The position numbers and the translations under genes are program-made. DNA of 63,143 nt, the filler included, from Octopus bimaculoides (Eukaryota): assembly GCF_001194135.2 (NCBI RefSeq). It is 5 parts of 5 records of this genome, joined end to end, with 100 filler letters (N's around TTAATTAATTAA, not from the genome) between each part and the next. Parts side by side here need not be neighbours in the genome. Positions count along the whole stretch, not along the records: positions 60,702 to 63,143 come from NC_068994.1; 4 more parts are not named here. The stretch is one strand, 5' to 3'. Shown here in pieces: positions 62,170 to 63,143 of the stretch. Under the pieces are notes generated by a model. That model had not been told where the DNA came from. It made no database searches and saw only the letters and a program-made list of their open reading frames with translations. Within the stretch, counting starts at the first letter, position 1. Every line of letters begins with the position of its first letter.

Positions 62170-62640
62170 GGTTCATCCTGATGATGTCTTGAGCTAACTG
62201 GATCCTAATCCACCAAGGGAAGGTATGTCAGAAGAAAGTAATTCAACAACGCGGGTTGATGAACCGTAAGACATGTGGCCAGAACCTCCTGGAAAATAAC
62301 CATAGCGAGGGACATTCCACAGTTGAATTAGAACAGTTACAAACAGTGAAAGAAGACATGCACCCAACACCAGAGCTGAAGACACCTCCGAAAGGAGGGG
62401 CCCCGCCACGTCAAAACGGTAGAGGAGTAGGGGCCGAAACCGGACGTGGTTCCTCCTGATGATGTCTTGAGCTAACTGGATCCTATAAAGGAGCTGTTGT
62501 GGTAGCAGACCACGAAACATGGTTGAAATTCCTGCTATTTCTAGCGCGTCGAATGATAACATGGAGATTTTCCTCGAATCTTGACGGTGAAATGTTTTTA
62601 ACCCAGCATTCTCCTTCACCTGGTTAGCCAGAAATTTAGT
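62170..62640 (+). mobile_element. Probable Penelope-like element 3' end/pLTR with 38-bp direct repeat
   Basis: GGTTC.TCCTGATGATGTCTTGAGCTAACTGGATCCTA at 62170-62207 and 62448-62485 (one mismatch). A weak LMNR..G GIY-YIG-terminal-like peptide at about 62255; hammerhead-like cores. Confidence 0.45.
62371..62458 (+). ncRNA. Candidate variant type-I hammerhead ribozyme with inserted hairpin
   Basis: CAGAG-CTGAAGA-[CA-CCTCC-GAAA-GGAGG]-GGCCCC..25 nt..GGGGCC-GAAA-CC..GGT-T-C-CTCCTG; see findings. Confidence 0.4.
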
Positions 62641-62809
62641 ATTTACAACCCCACCCCACTTCACCCCACCCGTTCACATCCCATTTACTAATTTATTCAC
62701 CTTAGAGCTTGACTGACTTGACGAACAAAATCTGAGACCTATTCATCATAATTATCTGGGCGGCATTTACAAGGGTGTGCATGTATTTTTACATCACGAT
62801 TATTATGCT

Positions 62810-62965
62810 GCTAATGATGAAGTCGATGATGATGATGATGACGATAATAACCATGACAACGACGACGACGACGACGACGATGATAATGGGAATATTAACT
62901 GTCATGATGGTGATGTTGATGATATTGATAGTAACAATGATGACGGTGGTGCTGCTGATGACGAC
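62810..62965. repeat. (GAT/GAC)n trinucleotide tract
   Basis: Visible directly in the sequence. Confidence 0.9.
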
Positions 62966-63090
62966 ACGGCTTATTTATTATATTAGCATAAGTGGTGTCT
63001 CCTTCCTAAAACGCTAAAACCTGCAAAATACAATTTTGCTCTACAGTTGTTTTTAATATTGATAGAAATCTTCTTTGATTAAAATCATTT

Positions 63091-63094
<4 letters not shown>

Positions 63095-63143
<49 letters not shown>
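63095..63143. repeat. (CA)n microsatellite
   Basis: Visible directly in the sequence. Confidence 0.95.

Noticed and set aside
62194-62664. 156-aa minus-strand ORF
   Set aside because: No domain recognised; it is antisense to the probable Penelope-like terminal region.

Overview
Repeat-saturated, AT-rich eukaryotic genomic DNA, almost certainly octopod cephalopod. This species call is inferred from the SINE families, TTAGGG repeats and microsatellite density. It is a draft assembly with many N gaps and artificial 44N-TTAATTAATTAA-44N spacers. I find no intact protein-coding gene that I can support, and nearly all ORFs in the track are microsatellite or gap read-throughs. What can be identified by translation are decayed transposons: L1/Tx1-type LINE (RT with YADD, CCHC finger, separate ORF1), RTE, CR1/L2-type and R4/Dong-type LINE remnants, Gypsy gag and integrase fragments, Penelope-like GIY-YIG remnants, maT (DD37D) mariner, Helitron and hAT pieces, and at least four SINE families. 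The best leads are: (1) hammerhead-ribozyme motifs in Penelope-like terminal repeats, namely a minimal palindromic one at 35.3 kb and an unusual candidate with an extra inserted hairpin at 62.4 kb; (2) a 969-bp TG..CA solo LTR with a 4-bp TSD splitting an L1 RT; (3) a Helentron/HINE-like element apparently carrying a Gypsy integrase fragment; (4) two foldback structures; (5) an interstitial TTAGGG tract; and (6) a speculative chain of minus-strand micro-exons. Element boundaries are read by eye and approximate unless a TSD or TIR is quoted.
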